From Candidatus Stammera capleta (GTDB lineage: Bacteria; Pseudomonadota; Gammaproteobacteria; Enterobacterales; Enterobacteriaceae), in contig CP145599.1 of assembly GCA_036884335.1 (NCBI GenBank), positions 40,900-104,899 of the forward strand: a stretch of DNA of 64,000 nucleotides, given 5' to 3'. Each line of letters opens with the position of its first letter. Within the stretch, counting starts at the first letter, position 1. Of the stretch, positions 11,690 to 29,392 are shown one piece after another. Made by a program: the position numbers and the translations under genes. Under the pieces are notes generated by a model. It searched no databases, was not told the origin of the DNA, and saw only the letters and a list, made by a program, of their open reading frames with translations.

Positions 11690-12127
11690 ATGTTATTAAT
11701 AAATAAATTAAAATATAATAAAAAGTCTAAATTTAAATTTAAAAGAGTAGGTAGAGGTATGGGAACAGGTTTAGGTAAAACTTGTGGTAGAGGACATAAA
11801 GGTCAAAAATCTAGATCTGGATATAAAAAAAGAAGGGGTTTTGAAGGTGGTCAAACTCCTTTTTATCGTCGTATACCTAAATTTGGTTTTAAAAATATTA
11901 ATTATAATAAAAGTGCTGAGGTTCGTTTATGTGATTTAAATAAATTTAAGGATAATAGTTTAATTAATTTAAATTTATTAAAAAAAAAAAAAATTATTTC
12001 TTTAAATGTAAAATATGTAAAAATTATATTAAAAGGTGATTTATATAAAAAAAATATTAAAATAATTGATAAAAATATAAAAATTTCAAATGGGGTTAAA
12101 AAGATAATTAATTTTGGAATTAATTAA
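11690..12127 (+). CDS. rplO: 50S ribosomal protein L15
   Basis: Intact 145-aa ORF containing ..[26 protein letters not shown]. Confidence 0.9.
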   Translation: MLLINKLKYNKKSKFKFKRVGRGMGTGLGKTCGRGHKGQKSRSGYKKRRGFEGGQTPFYRRIPKFGFKNINYNKSAEVRLCDLNKFKDNSLINLNLLKKKKIISLNVKYVKIILKGDLYKKNIKIIDKNIKISNGVKKIINFGIN

Positions 12128-12144
12128 TATATAAAAAAATTAAC

Positions 12145-13464
12145 ATGAATAAAATGTTTAATAATATAATTTATAATTTAAATGAATTTAAAAAAAAGTT
12201 ATTTTTTTTATTTTATAGTATAATAGTATTACGTTTAGGTAATTTTATTACTATACCTGGTTTAATTAATTATAATATTAAAAATAATTTAAATTATTAT
12301 AATTTAAGTTTTATAGATTTTTTAAGATTATTTTCAAATAATTCTTTGTTACATTCTTCTATATTTATGTTAGGTATAATGCCTTATATATCTTCTTCTA
12401 TTATAATGCAATTATTAATTTTTGTTTTACCTTTTTTTAAAAAATTAAGTAAAGAAGATATAGATTATAAATTTAAAATTAATAGATATATAAAGTATTT
12501 AACATTTTTTTTATCTGTTTTTCAATCTATTTTATTATCAATAGTAATTTTAAAAATTAATAATATATATAATAATATTTTAATTAATAAATATTTATTT
12601 TTTTTTATATGTATATTTAGTTTAGTTACTAGTACTATGTTTCTAATGTGATTAGGAGAACAAATAACAGATATAGTTGGTTTAAGTAATGGTATATCAG
12701 TTATTATTTTTATAGGTATAATTTCTAATTTACATAATTTTTTTTTTGATATATTTAAATTATATGATATAAATTATGTTTTTTTATTTAAATTATTTTT
12801 TTTATTTTTTATTTTATTTTTATTTATTTTTTTTATAATAATGATAGAAATTGCACAAAGAAAAATATTAATACAATATGCTTTTAAAGGTTATCAAAAA
12901 AATAAATATTCTTCTTTTATAAATTATAATAATACATATTTACCTTTAAAAATTAATATTGCTGGTGTTATACCTACTATATTTGCTTCAAGTATAATGT
13001 TTTTTCCTTATATAATATTTATTTGGTTAAAAAATAATTTTAAATTTTTATTTTTAAATTATTTTATAAATTTTTTATATTTTAAAAAATTTATATATTT
13101 ATTTTTTTATTTATTATTAATAATATTTTTTTGTTTTTTTTATACTTTATTAATTTTTGATCCTATTAATATTTCTGAAAATTTAAAAAAAACTAGTGCT
13201 TATATACCTAATATTAGACCAGGTTGGTTTACTACTAATTTTATTAAAAAAATTGTATTACGTTTAACTTTATTTAATTCTATATATATGTGTATAGTAT
13301 GTATTTTACCAGATTTTATATATGAAATTATTAATATTAAATTTAATTTAAGTGGTACATCTATATTAATAATGGTAGTAGTAATAATAGATATAATAAA
13401 TAAAATACAAAGTATATTTATATCAAATAAATATTTATCTATTTTAAATAAGAAATATAATTAA
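12145..13464 (+). CDS. secY: protein translocase subunit SecY
   Basis: Pieces 12145..12651 and 12841..13464 share a frame. The junction reads M-W-LGEQITD (TGA 12649..12651), the conserved SecY motif. I checked that there is no TAA/TAG between the pieces. 439 codons. Confidence 0.93.
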
Positions 13465-13474
13465 TTTAAATTTT

Positions 13475-13591
13475 ATGAAAGTGAGAGCATCTGTTAAAAA
13501 AATTTGTCGTCATTGTAAAATTGTTAAAAGAAAAAAAGTTGTTAGAGTAATTTGTAAAAATGATTTTAAACATAAACAACGTCAAGGTTAA
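13475..13591 (+). CDS. rpmJ: 50S ribosomal protein L36
   Basis: [38 protein letters not shown]. 38 aa, with the zinc-ribbon Cys/His pattern retained. Too short for the ORF track. Confidence 0.9.
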   Translation: MKVRASVKKICRHCKIVKRKKVVRVICKNDFKHKQRQG

Positions 13592-13618
13592 TAATTAAAA
13601 TAATTGGGAATATGTAAA

Positions 13619-13972
13619 ATGGTAAGAATTGCGGGTGTTAATATACCAGATAATAAATATATAATAATTTCATTAACTTATATATATGGAATAGGTAATT
13701 CATTATCTAAAAAAATATGTAATGATTTAAAATTAAATTTTTTTGTTTTAACAAAAAATATTAATAATAAAGATTTAGATTTATTAAGAAAAAAAATTTT
13801 TGATTATTTAATAGAAGGTGATCTTAAAAGATATATAATGTTAAATATTAAAAGATTAATAGATATTAATTGTTATAGAGGTTTACGTCATAAAAAAGGT
13901 TTACCTGTAAGAGGTCAAAGAACTAAAACTAATTCAAAAACTTGTAAAAAAAATAGAAAGTATATTAAGTAA
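13619..13972 (+). CDS. rpsM: 30S ribosomal protein S13
   Basis: ATG at 13619 gives [26 protein letters not shown], the canonical S13 start. The track ORF begins 5 codons earlier. Confidence 0.92.
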   Translation: MVRIAGVNIPDNKYIIISLTYIYGIGNSLSKKICNDLKLNFFVLTKNINNKDLDLLRKKIFDYLIEGDLKRYIMLNIKRLIDINCYRGLRHKKGLPVRGQRTKTNSKTCKKNRKYIK

Positions 13973-13992
13973 TTTTTTTTAAAATAAATAAT

Positions 13993-14382
13993 ATGATTAA
14001 AAAAAATAAAAATATATCTAAAAAAGTTAAAAAAAAAATTATTAATGGTATAGTTTATATTAATGCTTCTTTTAATAATACTATTATTACATTAACAGAT
14101 TTATCTGGAAATGTTTTAGGTTGAACTACTTCTGGTAGTTCTGGTTTTAAAGGTTCTAGAAAATCAACACCTTTTGCTGCTCAAATTGCAGCTGAAAAAT
14201 GTTCATATATTATTAAAAGTTATGGTATTAAGAATTTAGATGTTAAAATAAGTGGTCCTGGACCAGGTAGAGATTCTAGTATTAGAGCATTAAATAATTC
14301 AGGATTTAATATTATTAATATAAGTGATATTACACCTATACCACATAATGGTTGTCGTCCTTCTAAAAAAAGAAGAGTTTAA
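13993..14382 (+). CDS. rpsK: 30S ribosomal protein S11
   Basis: Contains ..[47 protein letters not shown] and ..[16 protein letters not shown]. Split by one in-frame TGA, so absent from the track. Confidence 0.93.
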
Positions 14383-14403
14383 AATATTTTATATAAAATT
14401 TAT

Positions 14404-15024
14404 ATGTCTAAATATATAGGTCCTAAATTAAAATTAAGTAGAAGAGAATGTAGTGATTTGTTTTTAAAGTCTAATTTACGTAATATAAAAGATAAATGTA
14501 ATATTGATCGTTTACCAGGTCAACATTATTATAAAAAATCTAGAGTATCTGATTATAGTATACAATTAAGGGAAAAACAAAAGTTAAAAAGAATTTATGG
14601 AGTATTAGAAAAACAATTTATAAATTATTATTATAAATCTTTAAAATGTAAAGGTAATACAGGTGATATATTATTAAAATTTTTAGAGAGAAGATTAGAT
14701 AATGTAGTATATAGAATGGGTTTTTCTTTAACTAGATCTGAAGCTAGACAGTTAGTTAGTCATAAATCTATTCTTGTTAATAATAAAATAGTTAATATAT
14801 CATCTTATTTAGTTAATTGTAATGATATTATTAAAGTTAATGATATTTCTAAAAATCAATTAAGAATTAAACATTCTTTAGAAATGTTTAAAGATAGAGA
14901 AAAACCGGATTGAATAGATGTAAATATAGAAAAAATGGAAGGTATATTTAAATTTATACCTAAACGTTCTATGATTTTATTTGATATAAAAGAACATTTA
15001 ATATTAGAATTTTATTCTAAATAA
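14404..15024 (+). CDS. rpsD: 30S ribosomal protein S4
   Basis: Begins [16 protein letters not shown]. It continues through TGA 14911..14913 (..[15 protein letters not shown]) to TAA 15022..15024. Confidence 0.92.
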
Positions 15025-15032
15025 ATATAAAT

Positions 15033-16025
15033 ATGTTTAATTTTCCTTATAAATTTTTAAAACCTAAAATTATTAAAATAAAAAAATTAACAGATAATAA
15101 TTCTTATATTATATTAGAACCTTTAGAAAAAGGATTTGGTCATACTATAGGAAATTCTTTAAGACGTATATTATTATCTTCTATACCAGGTTATAGTATA
15201 ACAGAAGTAGAAATTGATGGTATATTAAATGAATATAGTTTTAAAAAAGGTATATTAGAAGATGTAAATGAAATTATTTTAAATTTAAAAAATATAAAAT
15301 TAAGAATAAATAGTGATAAAAAATTTATTATACTTTATTTATATAAAAAAGGTTTAGGTCCAGTTTTAGCTTCAGATATTAATAAAAATGAAGATGTTTT
15401 TATATTTAATAAAAAAAATATAATATGTAATATTACAGATAATAATGTTTTTATAAATATGAAAATTAAAGTAGAATTAGGTGTAGGTTATTTTTCTTCT
15501 TTTAGTAAAAAAATTAAATTAATTAAGAAAGATAATTTTCAAATTGGTAAATTATTTATAGATTCTTTTTTTTCTCCTATAGAACGTGTTTCTTATAAAG
15601 TTGAATCATCTAGGGTTAAAAGTAGAATTGATTTAGATAAATTAATTTTAAATATTGAAACTAATGGAACTATAGAACCAGAATTAGCTGTTCGTAAAGC
15701 TTCTACTATATTATATAATCAATTAAAAAGTTTTATAGAATTAAAAGATAATAATTTAGATAAAGAAGTAGTTAAAAAAGTTAGTTATAATCCTATTTTA
15801 TTATCGTTAATTGATGATTTAGAACTTACAGTAAGGTCAGCTAATTGTTTAAAATCTAAAGAAATATATTATATAGGTGATTTAATTCAGAAAACAGAAT
15901 CTAATTTATTAAAAATACCTAATTTAGGAAAGAAATCTTTAAATGAAATTAAAAATATATTATTAAGTAAAAATTTAAAATTAGGAACTAAATTGAAAAA
16001 TTGACCTCCTGATGAAATAAAATAA
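15033..16025 (+). CDS. rpoA: DNA-directed RNA polymerase subunit alpha
   Basis: Contains [20 protein letters not shown] and [12 protein letters not shown]. The end reads ..KN-W-PPDEIK through TGA 16002..16004, matching the ENWPP tail of RpoA. Confidence 0.93.
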
Positions 16026-16058
16026 GTTTTTTTTTTAATTTTTTATAGGTTATTTATT

Positions 16059-16424
16059 ATGCGTCATAAAAAAATTGGTCGTAAATTAAATAGAAATAGT
16101 AGTCATAGAAATTCAATGTTTAAAAATATGATTATTTCTTTAATACGTTATGAAATTATTAAAACAACACTTTATAAAGCAAAAGAATTAAGAAGAAAAT
16201 TTGAACCTTTATTGAATTTAGCAAAAAATAATAATTTATATAATAGAAGATTATTAATTTCTAAAATAGGTAATAATAAAATTATTGATAAATTATTTTT
16301 TGTTTTAGCTGTAAAATTTAAAGATTATAGAGGTGGTTATTTAAGAATATTAAAATGTGGTTATAGAAAAGGTGATTGTTCACCTATGGCTTATGTAGAA
16401 ATAGTTAATAGAGATTTTATTTAA
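16059..16424 (+). CDS. rplQ: 50S ribosomal protein L17
   Basis: Intact 121-aa ORF beginning [24 protein letters not shown]. Confidence 0.9.
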   Translation: MRHKKIGRKLNRNSSHRNSMFKNMIISLIRYEIIKTTLYKAKELRRKFEPLLNLAKNNNLYNRRLLISKIGNNKIIDKLFFVLAVKFKDYRGGYLRILKCGYRKGDCSPMAYVEIVNRDFI

Positions 16425-16439
16425 TTAAATATTATTATT

Positions 16440-17312
16440 ATGGTTACTTTTGAAAATTTAATTTTAATGTTGTCTAAATATTGATCTAGTTTGGGTAGTT
16501 GTAATATTCAATCTATTGATATAGAAGTAGGTGCAGCAACTTTTCATCCTATAACGTTTTTTAGTTCTATAGGTTGTAAAAAAGTTTTTTATAATTATGT
16601 ACAATTATGTAAAAGACCAGTTGATTCTAAATTTAATAATAATAAATATTCATTAAAATTACAACAATATTATCAATATCAGGTTATTATAAAACCTTCA
16701 ATTTGTAATATACAAGATATTTATATAGATTCTTTAAAATATTTAGGTTTAGATATTAAAAAAAATGAAATTAGATTTATTGAAGATAATTGAGAAAATC
16801 CTACATTAGGAGCATATGGATATGGTTGAGAAGTTTGATTAAATGGTTTAGAAATAACTCAATTTACATATTTTCAAAAAATGGCAGGTATAAATTGTTT
16901 ACCAGTTATAGTAGAAATAACTTATGGTTTAGAACGTTTATGTTTATTTTTACAAAATATTTTTAGTATTAGTGATTTGATATGAAAGAAAATAGATAAT
17001 AATGTTATTAAATATTGTGATATAATTAATGTTTTTGAAATAGATAAATGTAAATATAATTTATATTATTCTAATTATAATTTTTTATTAAATTGTATAA
17101 AAAATTATGAAAAAGAATCTTTAAGGTTATTAAAATTAAAAAATCCATTATTATTTGTTTCTTATGAATATGCTTTAAAATTAGTTAATTATTTTAATTT
17201 ATTAGATTGTAAAAATTATTTATCTGAAATAGAAAGAAAAAGATATATTTTAAAAATAAGAAAATTATTTTGTAAAATAGCTAAATATAGTTTAAAATTA
17301 AATAAATTTTAG
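16440..17312 (+). CDS. glyQ: glycine--tRNA ligase alpha subunit
   Basis: ATG at 16440. Contains ..[13 protein letters not shown] and [34 protein letters not shown], almost identical to the E. coli GlyQ core. Several in-frame TGA. Stop is TAG at 17310..17312. Confidence 0.93.
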
Positions 17313-17316
17313 AAAT

Positions 17317-19413
17317 ATGAATTATAATAAAAAAGGTTTATTATTAATAGAAATAGGTACAGAAGAATTACCTATATATAATTTAAAATTAATAGGTAAA
17401 GATTTTATTAAATATTTTTCAGAATTTTTAAATATTAATTTTTTTAAATTTAATAAAATAAAATATTATATTACTTTAAGAAGAATATCTTGTTTAGTTT
17501 TTGATTTATATTATTATCAAAAAATTAAAAAAAGTTATATAAAAATTTATGGTCCAAAATTTCATTTAAATAATATTTTATGTGTTTATTCAAAAAATAC
17601 TATAAATATTTGATGTGAAAAAAATAATATTATTAAAAAGGATATTTTATTTAAAGATAAAAATAATTTTAGATATTTTTATTATAAAAAATATTTTATA
17701 AATAAAAGTATATCTTTTTATTTAAAAAAATATTTATTATATATTTTATTAAAATTAAAATTAAATCGTATTTTTATTAAATGAGGTAAAGAAAATTTTA
17801 ATTTTATTAGACCTGTAAATAATATTTGTGTATTATTTAATAAAAAAATTATAAATTTAAATTTATTTGGAATTAAATCTAGTAATAAAATTAGACCTAA
17901 TAGACTTTTATTTAATAGTAATAAAAATTATATAAATTTAAATAATTCTAGAGATTATTTATATTTATTAAAAAAAAAGGCTATGGTTTTGGTAAGTTAT
18001 GATAATAGAAAGAAGTTAATAATTAAAAATATATATAATTTATTAAATATTAAAAATCTTAAATTTAATAATGAATTATTTATTGATAAATGTGTTTCAT
18101 TAGTAGAATGACCAGTAGTTAAACTTTGTAAATTTAATAAAAATTATTTATTTTTACCTAAAAATTTAATTATATATATTTTAGAAAATCAAAATTGTTT
18201 ATGTATTTATAATAAATTTAATATTTTAACTAATAATTTTATTTTAGTTTTAGATGTTAATAAATATTATTATAAAAATATATTATTTAATTATATTAAT
18301 ATTATAGAATCTAAATTAAATGACTCTTTTTTTTTATTATTAAAAGATATTAAATATCCTTTAATTAATAATTTTATTAAATTAAAATATTTAATTTTTC
18401 ATAAAGATTTAGGTAATTATTTAAATAAAATAAAAAGATTATTTTTTATTTCTAAATATTTATTAAATATTTTAAATTTAAAAATTGATTTATATTTATT
18501 AAATAAATCTATAATTTTTTGTAAATGTGATTTATTAACTAATTTATATAGAGAATATAATGTATTAAAAGGTTTTTTAGGATATTATTTTAGTTTAAAA
18601 TATGATAATGATATATCTTTAATAATAAAAGAACATTATTATCCAAATAATTATAATGATTTAATTTCTAATAATATATATAGTAATATAATATCATTAT
18701 GTGATAAATTAGATATTTTAGTAGGTATGTCTTTATTAAATAATTTTTATTATTTAAAAAAAAGTAATGATCCTTATTGTTTAAGGAGAATATGTTTATC
18801 AATAATTAGAATCATTATTTTTAATAAATTAAATTTTAATTTTAAATTATTAATAGAATATATAATTAAATTGTTTAATTTTGATAGTAAATATAATAAT
18901 TATGATATTATTTACAATTTTATATTTAAACGTAGTTTAATATATTTTATTAGTTTAGGTTATGAAAAAAAATTAATTATTTCTTTTATAAATATAAAAT
19001 TATATAATATTTTTGAAATAAAAAATAGAATGGATTTTATTATATATTTTAGTAAAATGTATTTAAATAATTATAATTATATAATAAAAACTAATATAAG
19101 ATTATTTAATATTATTAAAAATAATTTTAAATATAAGTTTTTAAATTTAGATTTTTTATTAGATAAAAATAATATTATTTTTTTAAATTATTATAATAAA
19201 TTTAAAATAAATTCTTTTTTATTTATATCTAAGTTTAAATATAAATTATTATTTAATTTATATTTTAATTTTAGTTTAGAAATAAATAATTATTTAAATA
19301 ATAATAAAATATTTGTTTTAAATAATAATAAATTGACTAAATTTAGAATTAATTTATTAAATAATATTATGTTTATTTTTTTATATTTTGTAGATTTTAA
19401 ATATTTATTATAA
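17317..19413 (+). CDS. glyS: glycine--tRNA ligase beta subunit
   Basis: Pieces 17317..17613 and 18727..19413 share a frame. I translated 17581..18730 and found only TGA interruptions (for example ..SLVE-W-PVV at 18109..18111). 698 codons, close to GlyS length. It follows glyQ. Confidence 0.85.
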
Positions 19414-20475
19414 TTTTATTATTCCTCCTCCTAAACATGTATTTTTTTTATAAAAAACTGCAGATTGTCCTGGTGTAATAGCGAATACTTTTTTTTTTAA
19501 TTTTATTTTTATTTTTTTTTTTTTATTAATTAGTATTTTACATTTAATAGATTTTTGTTGGTATCTAGTTTTTACTTTGCATTTTAAATTATTTATATTT
19601 TTAATTTTATTTATAAGTTTTATTTTTTTTAAAAAGAAATAATTTTTATATAAATTTTTATTTTTTCTTTTACATACTATTAATTTATTTTTTTTTTTAA
19701 TTTTTTTTACTACATATAATGGATATTTATTTTTTTTTAATTTTAAATTTTTTCTTTGTCCTATAGTATATAAAAATAATCCTTTATGTTTTCCTATTTT
19801 TTTTTTATTTTCTAATTGTATTATATTTCCTTTTTTTTTTTTTATATATTTTATTATAAATTTATTAAATTTTTTTTTTCCTATAAAACATATTCCTACT
19901 GAATCTTTTTTAAAAGCATTAGGTAGTTTTAGGTTTTTAGCTATTTTTCTTATATGTTTTTTTTTATAATTTCCTAAAGGAAATATACATTTAGATAGTT
20001 GTTTTTGATTAATATTATATAAAAAATAACTTTGGTCTTTTTTTTTATCTTTACCTTTTAATAAATAAAAGTTTTTTTTTTTATATATTTTTCTTACATA
20101 ATGTCCTGTAGATATAAAGTCATATTTTAATATATTTAAGCTAAATTTTATAAATAGTTTAAATTTTATTTCTTTATTACATAATATATCTGGATTAGGT
20201 GTTTGGTTTTTTTTTAGTTTTTTAATAAAAATTATAAAAACTTTATTTCAATATTCATATGATAAATTAATTTTAATTAATTTTACTTTAAATATTTTAC
20301 ATATTATTTTACATTCTTTAATATCTTTTTTACAATTTTTTGATTCTCAACATTTAATATATACACATTTAACTTTATATCCTAATTTTTTTAATATTCA
20401 TATAGTTATAGTTGAATCTATTCCTCCTGATAAGCCTACTATTATTTTATATATTTTTATTATTTTTTTGTTCAT
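19408..20475 (-). CDS. mnmA: tRNA-specific 2-thiouridylase
   Basis: On the minus strand the N-terminus is MNKKIIKIYKIIVGLSGGIDSTITI-W-ILKK (PP-loop SGGxDS). The C-terminus is ..ITPGQSAVFYKKNTCLGGGIIKL. Length is 1068 nt, divisible by 3. Confidence 0.9.
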
Positions 20476-20579
20476 TTTTATTATTTATTTTTTATATTTA
20501 TATTTATATTTATTTAAATTATATTATAATATAACAATATTAATTTTTATAATTATTAATTTAATAATTTTAAATATTT

Positions 20580-22250
20580 ATGCTGAATATTAATCCTAAT
20601 TTAACTAAAAATTGAAATATTTTATTTAATCATTATAGAAAAATAAAAAATAGAAGTATATTTTATTATTTTAAAAAAGATAATAATAGATTTAAAGATT
20701 TTTCTATATTTTATAAAAAATTAATTTTATTTGATTTTTCTAAAAATTTAATTAATAATAATACAATAAAGATTTTTATAAATTTTTTAAATGAAATAAA
20801 TTTTAAAAAATATATTAATGGAATATTAAAAGGTTATAATTATAATATAACTGAAAATAAAATTGTTTCTAATTTTTTATTAAGAGATGTAAATAATTAT
20901 TTTTCAAAAAATAATTATTTAAATAAAAATTTATTATTAGAAAAAGAAATTATAGATAAAAATTTATTAAAGATAAAAAAAATAACTAATGATATATTAA
21001 AAAATAATTGATTGGGTTTTAGTAATAAAAAAATTTTTAATATAGTTAATATAGGAATAGGAGGTTCTGATTTAGGACCTAGAATGATAATAAAATCTTT
21101 ATCTTTATATAAAAAAAAGAATATAAATACTTTTTTTGTTTCTAATTTAGATGTTAGTGATATAAATAGTGTTTTAAATTTAATTTCTCCTGAAAATACT
21201 ATTTTTATAATTTGTTCTAAAACTTTTACTACTGAAGAAACTTTATTGAACTTTAAAATTTCTCGTGAATGAATATTAAATTTTTATAATAATAATATTT
21301 TTTCTTTAAATAAACATTTTATATTAATAACTAGTAATTTAAAAAATTCTTTAAAATATAATATATGTAGAGATAATATTTTATTAGTTAATAATTGAGT
21401 AGGAGGAAGATATTCTTTTTGTTCTGCTTTTGGTTTATCAATTTCTTTGTCTTTAGGTTTTAAAAATTTTAAAAAAATATTAAAAGGTTGTCATGATTTA
21501 GATAAACATTTTTTTTTTGAAAAATATAATAAAAATATACCTATTTTATTATCTTTAATAAGTATTTGATATAATAACTTTTTTGGTTATAATACTGAAT
21601 TAGTTATGGTTTATAATAATTTTATGTCTTTATTTCCTTATTATTTACAACAATTAGTAATGGAATCTAATGGTAAATGTATTGATAAAAATAATTGTTT
21701 AATAAAAGATTATAAAACTTCTTCAATATTATTTGGTGGTTTAGGTACTATTAGTCAACATTCTTTTTTTCAATTGTTACATCAAGGTACTTATACTGTT
21801 CCTATTGATTTTATTATAGAATGTGATTTTAAAGACAATATATATAATAGTTATTATATGTTATTTTCTAATTTTATAGCTCAATCTCAATCTTTAGCAT
21901 TTGGAGATAATATTTTTATAAATAATAATAAAAAAAAAAGTAATGTATTTAATTTTAAAAGTATTTTAGGTAATAAACCTAATAATGTTTTTTTAATTAA
22001 AAAAATTAATCCTTATATATTAGGTACTTTAATTTCTATTTATGAATATAAAGTTTTTACACAAGGTATAATATGGAATATTTGTAGTTATGATCAATGA
22101 GGTGTAAATTTAGGTAAAAATTTATCTAATTTTATATATAAATTATTTTTTAATAATAAAAGTAATATAGATAAAAATAAATATTTTTTAGATAGTTCTA
22201 CTTTAAATTTAATTAAAATTTTTAAAAATTTTAATAAATTTAAAAAATAA
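20580..22250 (+). CDS. pgi: glucose-6-phosphate isomerase
   Basis: ATG at 20580. Pieces 21012.., 21606.. and the tail are all in one frame. Contains [22 protein letters not shown] (TGA 21396..21398) and [11 protein letters not shown] checked 20580..21012 as stop-free. 556 codons. Confidence 0.9.
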
Positions 22251-22298
22251 TTATAAATAAAAAATAATAAATAATAATAATTAAAATAGTTAAATATT

Positions 22299-22565
22299 AT
22301 GGCTAATAAAAAATCTTCTAAAAAAAGAATATTAACAAATATTATAAGAAATAGAATTAATAATATTAAGAAATCTGTTATTAAGACTTATATAAAAAAA
22401 TTAAAAAAAAGTATATATACAAAAAATAAAAAAAAATCAATTTATATTTATTGTAGTTTACAGTCTATTTTAGATAAATTTAGTTGTAAAAAATTTATAA
22501 GTATAAATAAAGCATCTAGATATAAATCTAATTTTTTAAAATTAATAAATAAATTAAAAATTTAA
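22299..22565 (+). CDS. rpsT: 30S ribosomal protein S20
   Basis: Intact 88-aa ORF beginning MANKKSSKKRILTNIIRNRINN, a typical S20 N-terminus. Confidence 0.85.
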   Translation: MANKKSSKKRILTNIIRNRINNIKKSVIKTYIKKLKKSIYTKNKKKSIYIYCSLQSILDKFSCKKFISINKASRYKSNFLKLINKLKI

Positions 22566-23336
22566 TTATATTTTTTTTACTTTATTAAATAATTTTGATA
22601 TTTTTATAAAATTTTTTATATTTAATTGGTTTACTCTTTTATTTTTTATTTTAAATTTTTTTAGTTTTTTTATATTTATTATATTTTTAATATTATTATA
22701 TAATTTTTTATTTTTTTTATAAAAACAATTATTTAATATATGTTTTATTATTTTAAATTCATTTTTTTTATATTTTTTTTTAGGTATTAATTTAATTAGT
22801 GATGAATTAATTTTAGGTTTAGGAAAAAAGTTTTTATTGCTTATATTTTTAATTATTATTTTTATTTCAAAATATATTTGAAATAAAACATTAAATTTAT
22901 TATATTTTTTTTTTTTTGTTTTAGATGTTAATGAAATAGCTAATTCTTTTTGTATTAATATATGTATATCTTTTATATATTTATTATTTTTTAGTAATTT
23001 TAATAATATTTTTTTAGATATATTATATGGAATATTTCCATATATTCTTATTTTTTTTTTATTTATATTTTTAAAGTTTATTTTTAATATATTTTTTTTT
23101 TTTATTTTAATTTTTTTTTTTATTTTTATTGGTACTTTATTTATTAAATATTTATCTATTTCTACTGCTATTATATTTTTATTATATTTTAATATTTCTT
23201 TTGTTAAATTACAATATCCACTTCCTATTTCTAATAATTTTTGTTTTTTTTTTGGTTTTATTATTTTTGATATTTTTTTTAATATTTTTTTATTTATTAA
23301 AAAATTTTGTCCTAAATATTTATTATATTTTATCAT
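22566..23336 (-). CDS. rsmA: 16S rRNA (adenine1518/1519-N6)-dimethyltransferase
   Basis: Intact 256-aa ORF beginning ..YLGQNFLINKKILKKIS..LLEIGSGYCNLT (KsgA SAM-binding motif). Its stop abuts the rpsT stop. Confidence 0.85.
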   Translation of the reverse strand: MIKYNKYLGQNFLINKKILKKISKIIKPKKKQKLLEIGSGYCNLTKEILKYNKNIIAVEIDKYLINKVPIKIKKKIKIKKKNILKINFKNINKKKIRIYGNIPYNISKKILLKLLKNNKYIKDIHILIQKELAISLTSKTKKKKYNKFNVLFQIYFEIKIIIKNISNKNFFPKPKINSSLIKLIPKKKYKKNEFKIIKHILNNCFYKKNKKLYNNIKNIINIKKLKKFKIKNKRVNQLNIKNFIKISKLFNKVKKI

Positions 23337-23418
23337 TATTTTTTTTTTATAAATATTTTTTAATATAATTTTTATTTTTTTTTAATTTATTAGTTTTTTT
23401 TTATATATTATTTATTTA

Positions 23419-26184
<2,766 letters not shown>

Positions 26185-26296
26185 ATATATATATATTTTA
26201 TTAAATGTTTAAATATTTTATTTTATCATTATTATTATGATATTTTATTTTAAATTTATTTTATTTTTAATTTTTGATTGATATTTTAAAATATGA

Positions 26297-28243
<1,947 letters not shown>

Positions 28244-28267
28244 TTTTTTTTTTATTAAAAGGTATAT

Positions 28268-29392
28268 ATGGAAAAAAAAGATTATTATCAAATTTTAGGT
28301 ATATCTAAAAATGCTAATAAGTCTGATATTAAAAAATCATATAGAAAATTAGCTATAAAATATCACCCTGATAGAAATCAGGGTAATAAAAAATTTGAAG
28401 AAAAATTTAAAGAAGTTAAAGAAGCTTATGAGGTATTAATAGATGATAAAAAAAGATCAATGTATGATAAGTATGGACATAATGCTAATATAAATGATAG
28501 TGAATTTACTTCAGAATTTACTACTTCTGGTGATTTTGGTGATATTTTTGGAGATGTTTTTGGTGATATATTTGGTGTTAAAAAAAAAAATAAATCTTAT
28601 AAAAAAGGTTCAGATATAGAATATAATTTATATATTAATTTAGAAGATGTTTTAAATGGTGTTTCAAAAAAAATTAATATTAATGTTATACAAAAGTGTA
28701 GTTTATGTTATGGTAGTGGATGTAGATCAGGTTATAAAAAAAATATATGTAAAGTTTGTAGGGGTTCAGGAAATTTAAAAATTAAACAAGGTTTTTTTAC
28801 TGTTCAACAAACTTGTCCTAATTGTAATGGTTATTGTTATGTAATAAATAATCCTTGTTATATATGTAAAGGTGAAGGTATAGAAAAATGTGTTAAAGAT
28901 ATAATAATTAAAGTACCTATAGGTATTAGTGATGGTGATAAAATAAGATTAATAGGTAAAGGTAATTGTTCTAGTTTTGGTAAAAATCCTGGTGATTTAT
29001 ATATATGTATAAAAGTTAATAAACATAATATTTTTGATAGAAAAGGTAATGATTTATATTGTAATATACCTATTAGTTTTTCTATGGCTGCTTTAGGTGG
29101 TGAATTAAAAGTTCCAACATTATTAGGTAATATTATTTTAAAAATACCTTCTGAAACACAAACTGGTACTTTATTTAAAATTAAAAATAGAGGTATTAAA
29201 TATTTAAAAAAAAATATTTGAGGTGATTTATTTTGTAAAGTATATGTTGAGACTCCAGTTAATCTTAGTAAAAATCAAAAAAAAATATTATATAATTTAA
29301 GTTTAACTAATAATAATAGTGAAGTTAATAATCCTAAATCTAAAAATTTTTTTGATAAAGTTAAAATTTTTTTTAAAAATTTAACTAAATAA
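28268..29392 (+). CDS. dnaJ: co-chaperone DnaJ
   Basis: Has a J-domain (KYHPDRNQG) and four CxxCxG zinc repeats. It continues through TGA 29219..29221 to TAA 29390..29392. Confidence 0.93.
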
